Positions 49,404-59,134 of a stretch of 60,695 bases of DNA are shown here, in pieces. This stretch comes from Bacteroidales bacterium. GTDB taxonomy: Bacteria; Bacteroidota; Bacteroidia; Bacteroidales; FEN-979. The first letter of the stretch is position 1. Every line of letters starts with the position of its first letter. The DNA lies in assembly GCA_038212325.1 (NCBI GenBank), contig JBBQUQ010000006.1, positions 1 to 60,695 on the forward strand, given 5' to 3'. The position numbers and the translations under genes are program-made. The notes under the pieces are model-generated. The model did not search any database and had not been told where the DNA came from. It saw nothing but the letters and a program-made list of their open reading frames with translations.

Positions 49404-49964
49404 TTAAAATCCTTTTTTGTATAAATTTATCTTCGTGATTGCATTGCGAATATCGTCAATTTCACGGCGGATGCTGGCATCGTATTGCAGATCTTTCCAT
49501 TTGAGCACAAATCCGCCAACCAGCGATTCATCGATTTCGGTCTTCAGGTCGATGTCGGCCTTTGTGTATTTTTCCATCAGGCTAATCACCTGTTGCCGTG
49601 TTTCGGCATCAGGGAAAACCGGCGATTTGAAATTCACGGTCAGGATATTACGGTAGGCCTGATGAAGTTCAACAAGCTGAACCGCGATGGCGGGAATGAA
49701 AGACTCTCTGTTCTTCCTGACCATGATCAGCAGGTAGGTCATGGTAATCGGGTGAATGCTTTTGCTGAAAATTTCGTTCAGGATGGTCAGTTTTTTTCCT
49801 GAATTGATGATCGGGCTTTTTAACAGCAGCCTGAGCTCTTTACTCTCTGCACATGCTTTTATAATCAACAGGCTGTCGTGGTAAATCTCTGTTTCAACGC
49901 TCTTCTCCAATGCAAGTTCAAACAGGGCTTTTGCATAACGCTCGGCTACCAAAGAAACATTCAT
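49404..49964 (-). CDS. atpH: ATP synthase F1 delta subunit
   Basis: VAERYAKALFELA, IDESLVGGF, YDASI. Confidence 0.95.
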   Translation of the reverse strand: MNVSLVAERYAKALFELALEKSVETEIYHDSLLIIKACAESKELRLLLKSPIINSGKKLTILNEIFSKSIHPITMTYLLIMVRKNRESFIPAIAVQLVELHQAYRNILTVNFKSPVFPDAETRQQVISLMEKYTKADIDLKTEIDESLVGGFVLKWKDLQYDASIRREIDDIRNAITKINLYKKGF

Positions 49965-49969
49965 TCCGG

Positions 49970-50464
49970 TTAGTTGAATTTAAATTCTTTCAATAACTCC
50001 TTCACATATTCTTCCTGCATCGACGGGTCGCTCAGCTCACGTTTTAAAATGAACTTGGCAAGGGTCAGCGAATTCTCTGCAATCTGGTTTTTCAGTTCGG
50101 TCATGGCGGCCATCTTTTCATTGTGGATGCTTGCCTTGGCTGTTTCAACAATGCGCGAAGCCTCTTCACCGGCTTTGATCCGCGCCTCTTCGATCATCTT
50201 TTCCCTGACCTTGCGGGCTTCGTTCAGGAGCGCGTCCCGTTCGTTCTTGGCCTCCTGCAAGAGCTGTTCATTGCTGAACTGCAGATGTTTCATCTCTTCC
50301 CGGGCCTTGTTTGCGGAATTCAACGCTTCGTGGATGGAGGTCTCCCGCTCTTTCAGCATCTGGAGGATGGGTTTCCAGGCAAATTTTCCAAGGACGTACA
50401 CCAGGAACAAAAAAGCCAGCGTCATCCAGAAAACCAGTCCCAGTCCCGGGGTGATTAATTCCAT
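49970..50464 (-). CDS. atpF: ATP synthase F0 b subunit
   Basis: MELITPGLGLVFW...KFAWKPIL...ERE, then coiled coil; start set at 50464. Confidence 0.95.
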   Translation of the reverse strand: MELITPGLGLVFWMTLAFLFLVYVLGKFAWKPILQMLKERETSIHEALNSANKAREEMKHLQFSNEQLLQEAKNERDALLNEARKVREKMIEEARIKAGEEASRIVETAKASIHNEKMAAMTELKNQIAENSLTLAKFILKRELSDPSMQEEYVKELLKEFKFN

Positions 50465-50491
50465 ATCAGTTTGTTTTAATTGCTGTGAATC

Positions 50492-50536
50492 AAAAAAGTT
50501 CCTGGCAGGCCAACCAACCGTTGCCCCGCCGGGAAC
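50492..50536 (-). terminator. Terminator-like stem-loop plus U-tract between atpE and atpF
   Basis: Minus strand GTTCCCGGCGGGGCAAC-GGTTG-GTTGGCCTGCCAGGAAC-TTTTTT. Confidence 0.6.
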
Positions 50537-50548
50537 CTGTTGCAACTG

Positions 50549-50821
<273 letters not shown>

Positions 50822-50849
50822 TTAAGGTTACTACTAAAAAATCAATCTT

Positions 50850-50889
50850 AAGTACGAAGTACAAAGTTCGAACTTCATACTTCGTACTT
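50850..50889. repeat. Inverted heptamer repeats (AAGTACG-type) forming a hairpin between atpB and atpE
   Basis: AAGTACGAAGTA-CAAAGTTCGAACTTCA-TACTTCGTACTT. Confidence 0.8.
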
Positions 50890-50890
50890 T

Positions 50891-52051
50891 CTAATGGTGT
50901 TCAGGTTCTATCGTTGCCAGCCCGAAGTACAACGCCGACAACAGGGTAAACACATAGGCCTGGATGAATGCCACCAGAAGCTCCAGGAGGTTCATGAAAA
51001 TCATGAAGGCCACGGAAACAACGGAGACTCCAAGGCCCAGGGAAGTGCTGATCGCACCAAAAATAAATATCAGGCTTACGAACCCGAGCACGATGATGTG
51101 CCCGGCGGTAATGTTGGCAAAGAGACGGATCATCAACACAAACGGTTTTGTAATGATCCCGATGATCTCCACAACCGGCATGAGCGGCACCGGCAGCTTG
51201 AGCCACCAGGGAACCCCGGGCGTGTTGATGATATCCACCCAGTAGTGCTTATTCGCGTTCACAGTGGTTATAACGAAGGTAAAGACCGCCATGACGAGGG
51301 TAACGGCAATGTTGCCGGTCACATTGGCCCCGCCCGGAAAAAACGGGATCAGACCGAAAAGGTTGTTGAAGAAGATGAAAAAGAACACCGTGAGCAGAAA
51401 GGGCATGAACTTTTCATATTTTTTTTCCCCGATTGAACTTTTGGCGATATCGTCGCGGATAAAAATAATTAATGGCTCAAGCAGCGATTGCAAACCGCTC
51501 GGAGCCTTATCCCTGTTGCGCGTATAGGCCCCTGCAATGGAAACAAAGATCAGGATCATCAGCAGGGTGCTCATCAGGATGGCAAGTACGATTTTGGTGA
51601 TGGAAAAGTCATACACTTTTGCACCGGACGCAGCAGCAAGTTCATGTTCCCCTTCCCTAACGATCTTCCCTTTGTGAGGCCCATCCTGCTCAAGCTTGAA
51701 CCCCAGGTAACTGTGCGATTCATTGTGAAACCGGCTCGACCAGAAGGTGAAGAGCTCCCCGTTATAAAAGAGAATGACCGGGAGCGGAATGGTGAGGTGA
51801 AAACTGCCTGTTTCGGCCACATGCCATTCGTGGTTGTCAACCACATGCTCCATAATCATTTCGCCGGCGTTGAACTTCCCTTCTGCATGGCTTCCCTGGT
51901 TTGCGGGATGCTCTGAAACAGTGTCGGTGCTCTGAACCAGTATGGTGTGGTCCTGCGCGGATGCTGACATCCTGCCTGTAAACAGAAATAAAAAAAAGAG
52001 GCATTGGGCCAAAAAACGGAGAACCGGGATGTGCAATCGGAATGCTGTCAT
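50891..52051 (-). CDS. atpB: ATP synthase F0 a subunit (long Bacteroidota N-terminus)
   Basis: KPFVLMIRLFANITAGH, LELLVAFIQAYVFTLLS. Confidence 0.95.
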   Translation of the reverse strand: MTAFRLHIPVLRFLAQCLFFLFLFTGRMSASAQDHTILVQSTDTVSEHPANQGSHAEGKFNAGEMIMEHVVDNHEWHVAETGSFHLTIPLPVILFYNGELFTFWSSRFHNESHSYLGFKLEQDGPHKGKIVREGEHELAAASGAKVYDFSITKIVLAILMSTLLMILIFVSIAGAYTRNRDKAPSGLQSLLEPLIIFIRDDIAKSSIGEKKYEKFMPFLLTVFFFIFFNNLFGLIPFFPGGANVTGNIAVTLVMAVFTFVITTVNANKHYWVDIINTPGVPWWLKLPVPLMPVVEIIGIITKPFVLMIRLFANITAGHIIVLGFVSLIFIFGAISTSLGLGVSVVSVAFMIFMNLLELLVAFIQAYVFTLLSALYFGLATIEPEHH

Positions 52052-52203
52052 TAGGCTGCTTGCATGGCTTTAAACTGTGCAAAAATAGAAAAATAAATTG
52101 AATTGGGAAAATTGGAACCTGTAACCAAATTGCAAAATCTTCGTCTTAATCTGCCGGTGAAGGTTAAAAATCACTACTTTTGAACCCTTTAAAACCCTTG
52201 AAA

Positions 52204-53658
52204 ATGCAAGCGTACCGTATTTACTTCTGGCTTACCCCTGTTTTGATTTTCGGGATTTTGGGATTTTCCGGCAGCACCCATGCCCAGAAAATCTGGACCC
52301 TGGAAGATTGCATCAACTATGCCATTGAGAACAACCTCGACATTAACAAACAGATGCTCAACGTTGAAAGCAACAAGGATAATTTGCTGCAAAGCGGCCT
52401 GAACATGCTGCCAAACCTCAATGCCAATGGCACGAATGTGTGGAATTATGGCCAGGCCATTGACCAGTACACCAACACGTTCGCCACCTCCAAGGTGCGT
52501 TCCAACAACTTTTACATTTCAAGTAATATAATTCTGTATGGGGGCCTTCAGAAATTGAACACCTACAAGGATAACAAAATCAACCTCCTGGCAAGCCAAT
52601 ACAACCTGGATGTAATTAAAAACAACATTTCCCTGTCGGTCGCCGGGTACTATCTCGACATTTTATTCAACATGGAGTTGCTGGATGTTGCAACAGAGCA
52701 GCTTCGGATCACAACATCGCAGGTAGAGCGCATCGAGAAATTGGTCGAGGCGGGTTCCACAGCAAAGGGCGACCTGCTGAACATCCAGGCACAGAAGGCC
52801 ACCGAGCAGCTGAATGTGGTAACTGCTGAAAACAGGCTCTATATTTCCAACCTTTCGCTGCAGCAGCTGATCGAACTTCCCGTAACCCGCGACTTCCGGG
52901 TGGAAAAGCCCCTGCTCAAAGATGTTCAGCCGCCCACTGAAAAAATCACCCCTGACATTATTTTCGAACATGCCATGAAAACCCGGCCCGAAATAAAAAG
53001 CGCCGAACTCCGGGTGGAAAGTGCGCAAAAACGGCTTGCAATTGCGCGGGGCTATATTCAGCCTACACTTTCGCTGAATGGATCATGGGGAACCGGTTAT
53101 TCGGGAATGCAACAGCAGGTGAATCCGAACGTTCCCGCCGACACCACCCTCATTCCAATCGGCTATACAGAAAACACCCATGAACTCGTTGTGATGCCAC
53201 AGGTAAACAATACCTACAGGGTTCAATCCTTCACCGACCAGCTGCGCGACAACTCCAATCAAAGTGTTGGCTTTTACCTGAATATCCCGATCTTTAACGG
53301 CTGGTCGGGCAGGACGGCCATCAGCCAGGCGAAAATTCAGAAATCACAGGCTGAGCTTGACTTGGGAATCAGCACACGCGACCTCCGGAAAATCATTGAA
53401 CAGGCCTTTGCGGACGCCTCCTCGGCCCTTCAGAAATACAACGCCTCGCAGGACAAGGTAAACGCCCAGGCGGAGGCATTCAAATATGCCCAGCAGAAAT
53501 TCGATGTCGGGGTGATGACCTCCTTTGATTACAACAACACCAAAAAGGAACTTACACTGGCTGAATCGCAGCTGCTCCAGGCAAAATATGATTTTATTTT
53601 CAAAACGACCATTCTCGACTTCTACATGGGGAACCCCATTAAAATTGACCGTGAATAA
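52204..53658 (+). CDS. TolC family outer membrane efflux protein
   Basis: WTLEDCINYAIENN, LNIPIFNG, QAKYDFIFK; start placed at MQAYRI. Confidence 0.9.
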   Translation: MQAYRIYFWLTPVLIFGILGFSGSTHAQKIWTLEDCINYAIENNLDINKQMLNVESNKDNLLQSGLNMLPNLNANGTNVWNYGQAIDQYTNTFATSKVRSNNFYISSNIILYGGLQKLNTYKDNKINLLASQYNLDVIKNNISLSVAGYYLDILFNMELLDVATEQLRITTSQVERIEKLVEAGSTAKGDLLNIQAQKATEQLNVVTAENRLYISNLSLQQLIELPVTRDFRVEKPLLKDVQPPTEKITPDIIFEHAMKTRPEIKSAELRVESAQKRLAIARGYIQPTLSLNGSWGTGYSGMQQQVNPNVPADTTLIPIGYTENTHELVVMPQVNNTYRVQSFTDQLRDNSNQSVGFYLNIPIFNGWSGRTAISQAKIQKSQAELDLGISTRDLRKIIEQAFADASSALQKYNASQDKVNAQAEAFKYAQQKFDVGVMTSFDYNNTKKELTLAESQLLQAKYDFIFKTTILDFYMGNPIKIDRE

Positions 53659-53676
53659 CCAATAACACCTTTTTCA

Positions 53677-55062
53677 ATGACCAGGAAGATTTCAAAAAAG
53701 AAACTGTGGATAATCCTCGCCATCGTGGCGGTGGTTGCCATCATCGTAATTGCTGCCGTATTAAAAGGCAAGGGTGGCGATGAGATTAAAGTTGCCACCG
53801 AAAAAGTGGTGAAAAGGACCATCATCCAAACGGTTTCCTCCAACGGAAAGATCCAGCCGGAAAAGGATATCAAGATCAGCCCGTATATTTCCGGCGAGGT
53901 CGTTGAGTTGTATGTAAAGGAGGGAAACCAGGTTAAAAAGGGCGACCTTCTTGCCAAAATCGATCCGGAGATCTATATCTCCCAGTTCGATCAGAGCGAA
54001 GCTTCGGTGAATACCCAGAAGGCGAACCTAGCAAATTCGAAGGCGCGGCTCGCCCAGCTCAAGGCCCAATTTGAAAATGCCCGGCTCACCTACGACCGCC
54101 AGGAAAAATTATTCCAGCAAACTGTCATTTCCAAGGCCGAATACGACCAGTCAAAATCGGCCTTCCAGGTGGCACAGGCCCAGGTAACTGCGGGCGAAGA
54201 GGATATAAAGGCTTCCGAGTTCATGGTGAAAAATTCAGAAGCTGCGCTGAAAAGGTCAAAAGAGGACCTTAACCGCACGGCAATATTTGCGCCGAACGAC
54301 GGCACTGTGTCTAAGCTGAGTGTTTTACAGGGTGAAAGAGTAACCGGCGCTTCGCAATTCTCCAGCGGCACGGAGATCATGCGCATTGCAAACCTCAACG
54401 AAATGGAGGCCCAGGTGCAGGTCAATGAAAATGACATTGTGCGCGTGAGCATGGGCGACACCGCCCTTATCGAGGTGGATGCTTACCTGAACAGGAAATT
54501 CAAAGGGATCGTTACCGAAATCGCCACCTCCGCCAACACCACCGGAGTGAGTGTTGACCAGGTGACGAATTTCAATGTTAAAATTCACATTCTTAAGGAC
54601 TTCTACCATGATTTGCTGGTTGGAAAGGAAACCAACTATTCCCCTTTCCGCCCCGGCATGTCGTGCACGGTGGAAATACAGACAGAAACCGCAGAAAACA
54701 CCATTACGGTGCCGATCCAGGCAGTTACGACCAGGATCGCTAAAGACAGTCTTGACAAGTTGAATGAAAAGAGCAAGACAAAAAAAGAGAACAACGACGA
54801 CGATGTTGAGGTTGTTGCAACGGCCAAGAAAAACGAAAAGATACAGGAGTGCGTATTTGTTCTGAGCGATGGCATCGCCAAAAAAGTTGATGTTAAAACC
54901 GGCATCCAGGATAACACCTATATCCAGGTAACCAGCGGGTTGAAAATCGGGGATGAGATCATTACGGCTCCTTACAGCGCCGTGTCGAAGCTTCTGAAGG
55001 ACGGCGACAAGGTAAAGAAAGTCAACAAGAAAGACCTGTTTACCAAAGAAAAAGAAAAATAG
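53677..55062 (+). CDS. Efflux periplasmic adaptor (MFP/HlyD-like)
   Basis: ISGEVVELYVKEGNQVKKGDLL, IFAPNDG, FRPGMS. Confidence 0.92.
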   Translation: MTRKISKKKLWIILAIVAVVAIIVIAAVLKGKGGDEIKVATEKVVKRTIIQTVSSNGKIQPEKDIKISPYISGEVVELYVKEGNQVKKGDLLAKIDPEIYISQFDQSEASVNTQKANLANSKARLAQLKAQFENARLTYDRQEKLFQQTVISKAEYDQSKSAFQVAQAQVTAGEEDIKASEFMVKNSEAALKRSKEDLNRTAIFAPNDGTVSKLSVLQGERVTGASQFSSGTEIMRIANLNEMEAQVQVNENDIVRVSMGDTALIEVDAYLNRKFKGIVTEIATSANTTGVSVDQVTNFNVKIHILKDFYHDLLVGKETNYSPFRPGMSCTVEIQTETAENTITVPIQAVTTRIAKDSLDKLNEKSKTKKENNDDDVEVVATAKKNEKIQECVFVLSDGIAKKVDVKTGIQDNTYIQVTSGLKIGDEIITAPYSAVSKLLKDGDKVKKVNKKDLFTKEKEK

Positions 55063-55065
55063 TTC

Positions 55066-55791
55066 ATGGCGCTGATCCTTTGCATTGAAACAGCCACCGA
55101 GGTCTGTTCCGTGGCACTGTTCCGCGACGAAACACTTGTCGGGATCAAAGAATCCTCAGCACGGAATGTTCATTCCGCCATGTTGACCACCTTCATCGAC
55201 GAGCTGGTAAAATCCTCCGGAATCCATTTCAGCAGCCTCGATGCCGTCGCCGTAAGCATGGGTCCGGGTTCTTACACCGGGCTCAGGATCGGAGTGGCTA
55301 CCGCAAAAGGGCTATGCTATGCAATCGATAAGCCGATGATCGCGGTGCCAACGTTGCAGGCGATGGCGGCGGGCATGACCCCACCCCCGGCCCCTCCCCA
55401 GAATAGGGAAGGGAGCAGAGGCGGGATCCAAACACTCATCTGCCCCATGATCGATGCGCGGCGGATGGAGGTGTATTCTGCGGTTTATGGCATGGATAAC
55501 ACGGAAATACGGGAGGTTCGGGCTGAAATTATTGATGCATCTTCATTCGGGGAATTCCTGCAAGAAAAGCGGGTGATTTTCGGTGGCGACGGGGCCGGAA
55601 AATGCAAAGAATTGCTGGGAAATCATCCGAACGCCTTTTTCCTCGATGAATTCAAAGCCTCGGCGCGCTCTATGATTGTTTTTGCTGCGGAAAAACTCCG
55701 GCGGAATCAATTTGAAAACCTGGCCTACTTTGAACCGTTTTACCTTAAAGATTTTGTGGCCGGAAAACCACGGGTGAAGGGGCTGCATTAA
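55066..55791 (+). CDS. tsaB: tRNA threonylcarbamoyladenosine biosynthesis protein TsaB, with an in-frame palindromic insertion
   Basis: IETATEVCSVAL, GPGSYTGLRIG, PMIDARRMEVY, FEPFYLK. Confidence 0.95.
   Translation: MALILCIETATEVCSVALFRDETLVGIKESSARNVHSAMLTTFIDELVKSSGIHFSSLDAVAVSMGPGSYTGLRIGVATAKGLCYAIDKPMIAVPTLQAMAAGMTPPPAPPQNREGSRGGIQTLICPMIDARRMEVYSAVYGMDNTEIREVRAEIIDASSFGEFLQEKRVIFGGDGAGKCKELLGNHPNAFFLDEFKASARSMIVFAAEKLRRNQFENLAYFEPFYLKDFVAGKPRVKGLH
55378..55425. repeat. Palindromic element half-copy inside tsaB
   Basis: ACCCCACCCCCGGCCCCTCCCCAGAATAGGGAAGGGAG aligns with 14723-14758. Confidence 0.8.
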
Positions 55792-55815
55792 ACTGTGCAT
55801 TTACCCTGGCTTTAA

Positions 55816-57801
55816 TCACTTCGTCAGAATAAACTTGCCTGAGTTTCTTTTTCCATTGCGCTCGATGGTCAACTGGTAAATTCCCGGCGGCAGGAACGAC
55901 AAATCTGCTCCAACCATGACGTTCATCACTGCAACCAAATTCCCTGCCATATTTCGAACAGTAACAACTCCAGGTTCCGGGGGATCGTTGAAATTTATCG
56001 GGCCGGCCAATGGGTTCGGATAGAAAAATGAAGCTGCTGCTGTCTCCTCCTTGTCGCTGATGCCGATAGATGGTGACGATGTTCCCCTGCGCAATCCATT
56101 TCCATAACTTGTAACCCATACATCGCCCGGGTTATAAGGGTTAAAGAAGACCCTTTGCGGCGCCCGGAAAGGATAGCACGATAGTTTTTCTAAAACCGGG
56201 TTTGCAGAGTTGATGGCGGTTGCATAAAAGAGGCCGTCGCGCAAGGTGCAAACATACATTTCATCTGGGTTTACCGGGTGAAACGTACAGGTCAATACAG
56301 GGATTCCGGGCATAAGGTTGATCCAGGCAGCGCTTCCATATGCCGCCCGATCCGCTGATGGGGCTGTAAACCGCGGCATACATGGTGGCAGGATTCGCCG
56401 GGTCAAGGGATATCCAGCTTACGGGGGTGTGAAAATCCCTTACCTGGTGCCAGTTCGTGCCATTGTCAGACCAGGTAATCCTGCCCGCACTGGCCATGCC
56501 TACCCTGTAATCTCTGAAATCTCCGTTGTTGCCCAGAACTTCGCCCGTAGGAGCAAAAATCCGTCCCGACGGCGATGGGCAAAACATGTGCACGTCGTTG
56601 GCTTTGACGGTCCACAAGCTGTCGTGGTCAAAGCTCCATGTTTTGCCACTGTCGAGACTTACGTTTATAACCAGGTCGGCATAGGAGGCCAGGATATGAG
56701 CTGGATCGAACCAGTGCATCCAATAACAAACGGTGGTTTGCAGCCCCGACGTTTTATAAATATCATCACGGCCGACCAGGACACCCGGGGGATGCTGGTA
56801 CTGGGCATCCGTATACCGTTGCACCCAGGCCTGTCCGCCATCGAACGAAACATGTACCCCTGAAAAATCAGAGATCATCAGCCGGTCGGCATTGTGCGAA
56901 TCGACATCAATGCCCTCGATGGTGTTGATGCCTCGCCAGGTATGAGCCCATGCAGGATAGGAGGATGAGCCGACCCACCCGGTAAAAATGCCGGCATTGT
57001 GAGGGTTGGAATCTAAAAGGAAAACATTTGAAAAAGTTGTTCCGCTATCCGATGATTTAAACACAGTGCCGAACCTTGCCCCTGCCGACGTGGCAGGGTT
57101 GCGGGTTTGCCCGCTGAGATAAAGTGTGTCGACACAATCCGGCTTCAGGGCGACCTCATAGGCAACATTAAGCTGGTTATTGGCACCGCCGGCATTGAGC
57201 AGGCCGGCGGTGATATCAGTCCATACCATTCCGGCTCCGAAATTCATCCGGTAAATTTTTTGAAATACTGCATGTCCCTTGGCTCAATCCGCGGATCGAC
57301 CTTCGATCCATCAAGGGCGGTCGCAAAAAAGCGGGTAATCCCGTTTTTGGATGCCCCTGAAAAACCGGCAATCCCCAGAGCGCCGGATCCCGTAACAGGG
57401 ATACCGGCAGTGGCGTAGGAAATGAAGGGTTCCCATGAAAGTCCGTTAAAAATGATCATCCCTTTATCCGTTGATACAAAAATGGTGTCGGTTTTAAAGA
57501 AAACACCGGCCAGGTGCAAAAATCCGGTGCCCTGCATGGCTGCCGTCATGACAGGTGTAAAATGGGCCCCGTAATCTGCGGAATAATAAACGGCAGAGTA
57601 ACCGCTGACGACAACCCGCGACGGATGGTAAGGGCTGGCATATAACCTGAACGTTCCGTAATTGCCCCTGATGGACGGAGCATACACGGCTCCCCCGCCC
57701 CCGCATCCCGCGGGAATCCAGGATTGTGGCACGTTTTGTGCCTGAATGTGCTGCATGCACAGCATTCCGGCAAGCATGACTGACATCGTCAAAATATTCA
57801 A
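55816..57801 (-). pseudogene. T9SS-secreted BNR/VPS10-like beta-propeller protein (glycoside-hydrolase-like), broken into three ORFs
   Basis: Asp-boxes SADYGAHF, SSDSGTTF, SFDGGQAW, SLDSGKTW; CTD FYPNP...LPPGIYQL...KFILTK; frame breaks near 57245 and 56335. Confidence 0.75.
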
Positions 57802-57964
57802 CTGGCGTGGTTTTTAAAATAAGACGGTGTGAAAATACAAAAAGGTTGCCTGGATCTGGATTTTTCCGCATAAAAATCATATTTTTGACGTTAAACCAGG
57901 AGATAATTGCCATTAGGCATGTTATCCTGTAGTTGAAATCCATTCAAATCCTGAACTTTCAAAC

Positions 57965-59134
57965 ATGACCCCAGAAAACAGATACAGGTACCAGACAAGA
58001 GTCGTAGACATTGGAAATGTTCCGCTTGGGGGCGACAACCCGGTTCGCGTGCAGTCGATGACCAACACCGATACCCTCGATACGAAATCAACCGTAATGC
58101 AAGCCATCCGCATGATTGAAGCCGGCTGCGAATATGTGCGCATTGCGGTTCCCTACATGAAAGAGACGGAGAATCTCCGTGAAATAAAAAAAGAGCTCCG
58201 CCGGCAGGGATATGATACGCCGATCATCGCCGACGTGCATTTTAATGCCCTGATTGCCGAAGTTGCTGCCACTATAGTCGAGAAGGTCCGCATCAATCCC
58301 GGAAACTATATACCGTTACGCGTCACGCGTCACGCGTCACGCGATCACTCTTCCGGCCTTATCCTCGAACAAACGGCCGAAAGGCTCGCTCCGCTGTTGA
58401 AAATCTGCAAGAAACATGGAACGGCAATCCGCATCGGCGTGAATCATGGCTCGCTCTCGGATCGCATCATGGACCTTTACGGCGATACGCCGCTTGGCAT
58501 GGTTGAATCGGCCCTGGAATTTGCGCTGATTTGCGAAAGCCACTCCTTTCACAACCTTGTTTTTTCGATGAAAGCAAGCAACATCAGGATGATGATTGCG
58601 GCAAACCGCCTGCTGGCCGAACGAATGCAGGCGAACGGGATGCAATATCCCATCCACCTCGGGGTAACCGAAGCGGGGGCCGGCGACGACGGGCGGATAA
58701 AATCGGCCGTTGGCATTGGCAGCCTCCTGACCGACGGCATCGGCGACACCATCAGGGTATCGCTCACCGAGGATCCTGAATTCGAAATCCCCGCAGCCTA
58801 CAGCATCCTGCAGGCGGCAGGCGTGCGCATAACCAAAACCGAATTTATCGCCTGTCCCTCCTGCGGAAGAACACAGTACAACATTCAGGAGGCACTGAAA
58901 AACATCCAGTCGCAAACGGCACACCTGAAAGGATTAAAAATTGCCGTGATGGGTTGCGTGGTGAACGGCCCGGGAGAAATGGCCGATGCACATTATGGGT
59001 TCGTTGGCGCCGGGAGCGGGAAAATCCATCTTTACAAAGGGCAGAAGCTGGTGAAGAAAAACATCGATGAAACGGTGGCGGTTGAGGCCATGGTAGCGCT
59101 CATCAAGGCGTCGGGCGACTGGGTTGAAATTTAA
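57965..59134 (+). CDS. ispG: 4-hydroxy-3-methylbut-2-en-1-yl diphosphate synthase (short two-domain form)
   Basis: VRVQSMTNT, IADVHF, RINPGN, RIGVNHGSL, HLGVTEAG, GIGDTIRVSLT, CPSCGR, VMGCVVNGPGE. Confidence 0.95.
   Translation: MTPENRYRYQTRVVDIGNVPLGGDNPVRVQSMTNTDTLDTKSTVMQAIRMIEAGCEYVRIAVPYMKETENLREIKKELRRQGYDTPIIADVHFNALIAEVAATIVEKVRINPGNYIPLRVTRHASRDHSSGLILEQTAERLAPLLKICKKHGTAIRIGVNHGSLSDRIMDLYGDTPLGMVESALEFALICESHSFHNLVFSMKASNIRMMIAANRLLAERMQANGMQYPIHLGVTEAGAGDDGRIKSAVGIGSLLTDGIGDTIRVSLTEDPEFEIPAAYSILQAAGVRITKTEFIACPSCGRTQYNIQEALKNIQSQTAHLKGLKIAVMGCVVNGPGEMADAHYGFVGAGSGKIHLYKGQKLVKKNIDETVAVEAMVALIKASGDWVEI
58314..58348. repeat. Heptamer tandem repeat (CGTCACG)x4-5 inside ispG
   Basis: cgttacg cgtcacg cgtcacg cgtcacg cgatcac, encoding LRVTRHASRDH. 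Confidence 0.85.

Noticed and set aside
52204-55062. TolC plus MFP without an inner-membrane pump
   Set aside because: To my knowledge this arrangement next to tsaB is ordinary in Bacteroidota, with the ABC components encoded elsewhere
55816-57801. Three-gene operon or programmed frameshifting in the BNR/T9SS locus
   Set aside because: Only the first piece has a signal peptide and only the last has a CTD, segments appear to be missing at the breaks, and no slippery site was seen; a pseudogene is simpler
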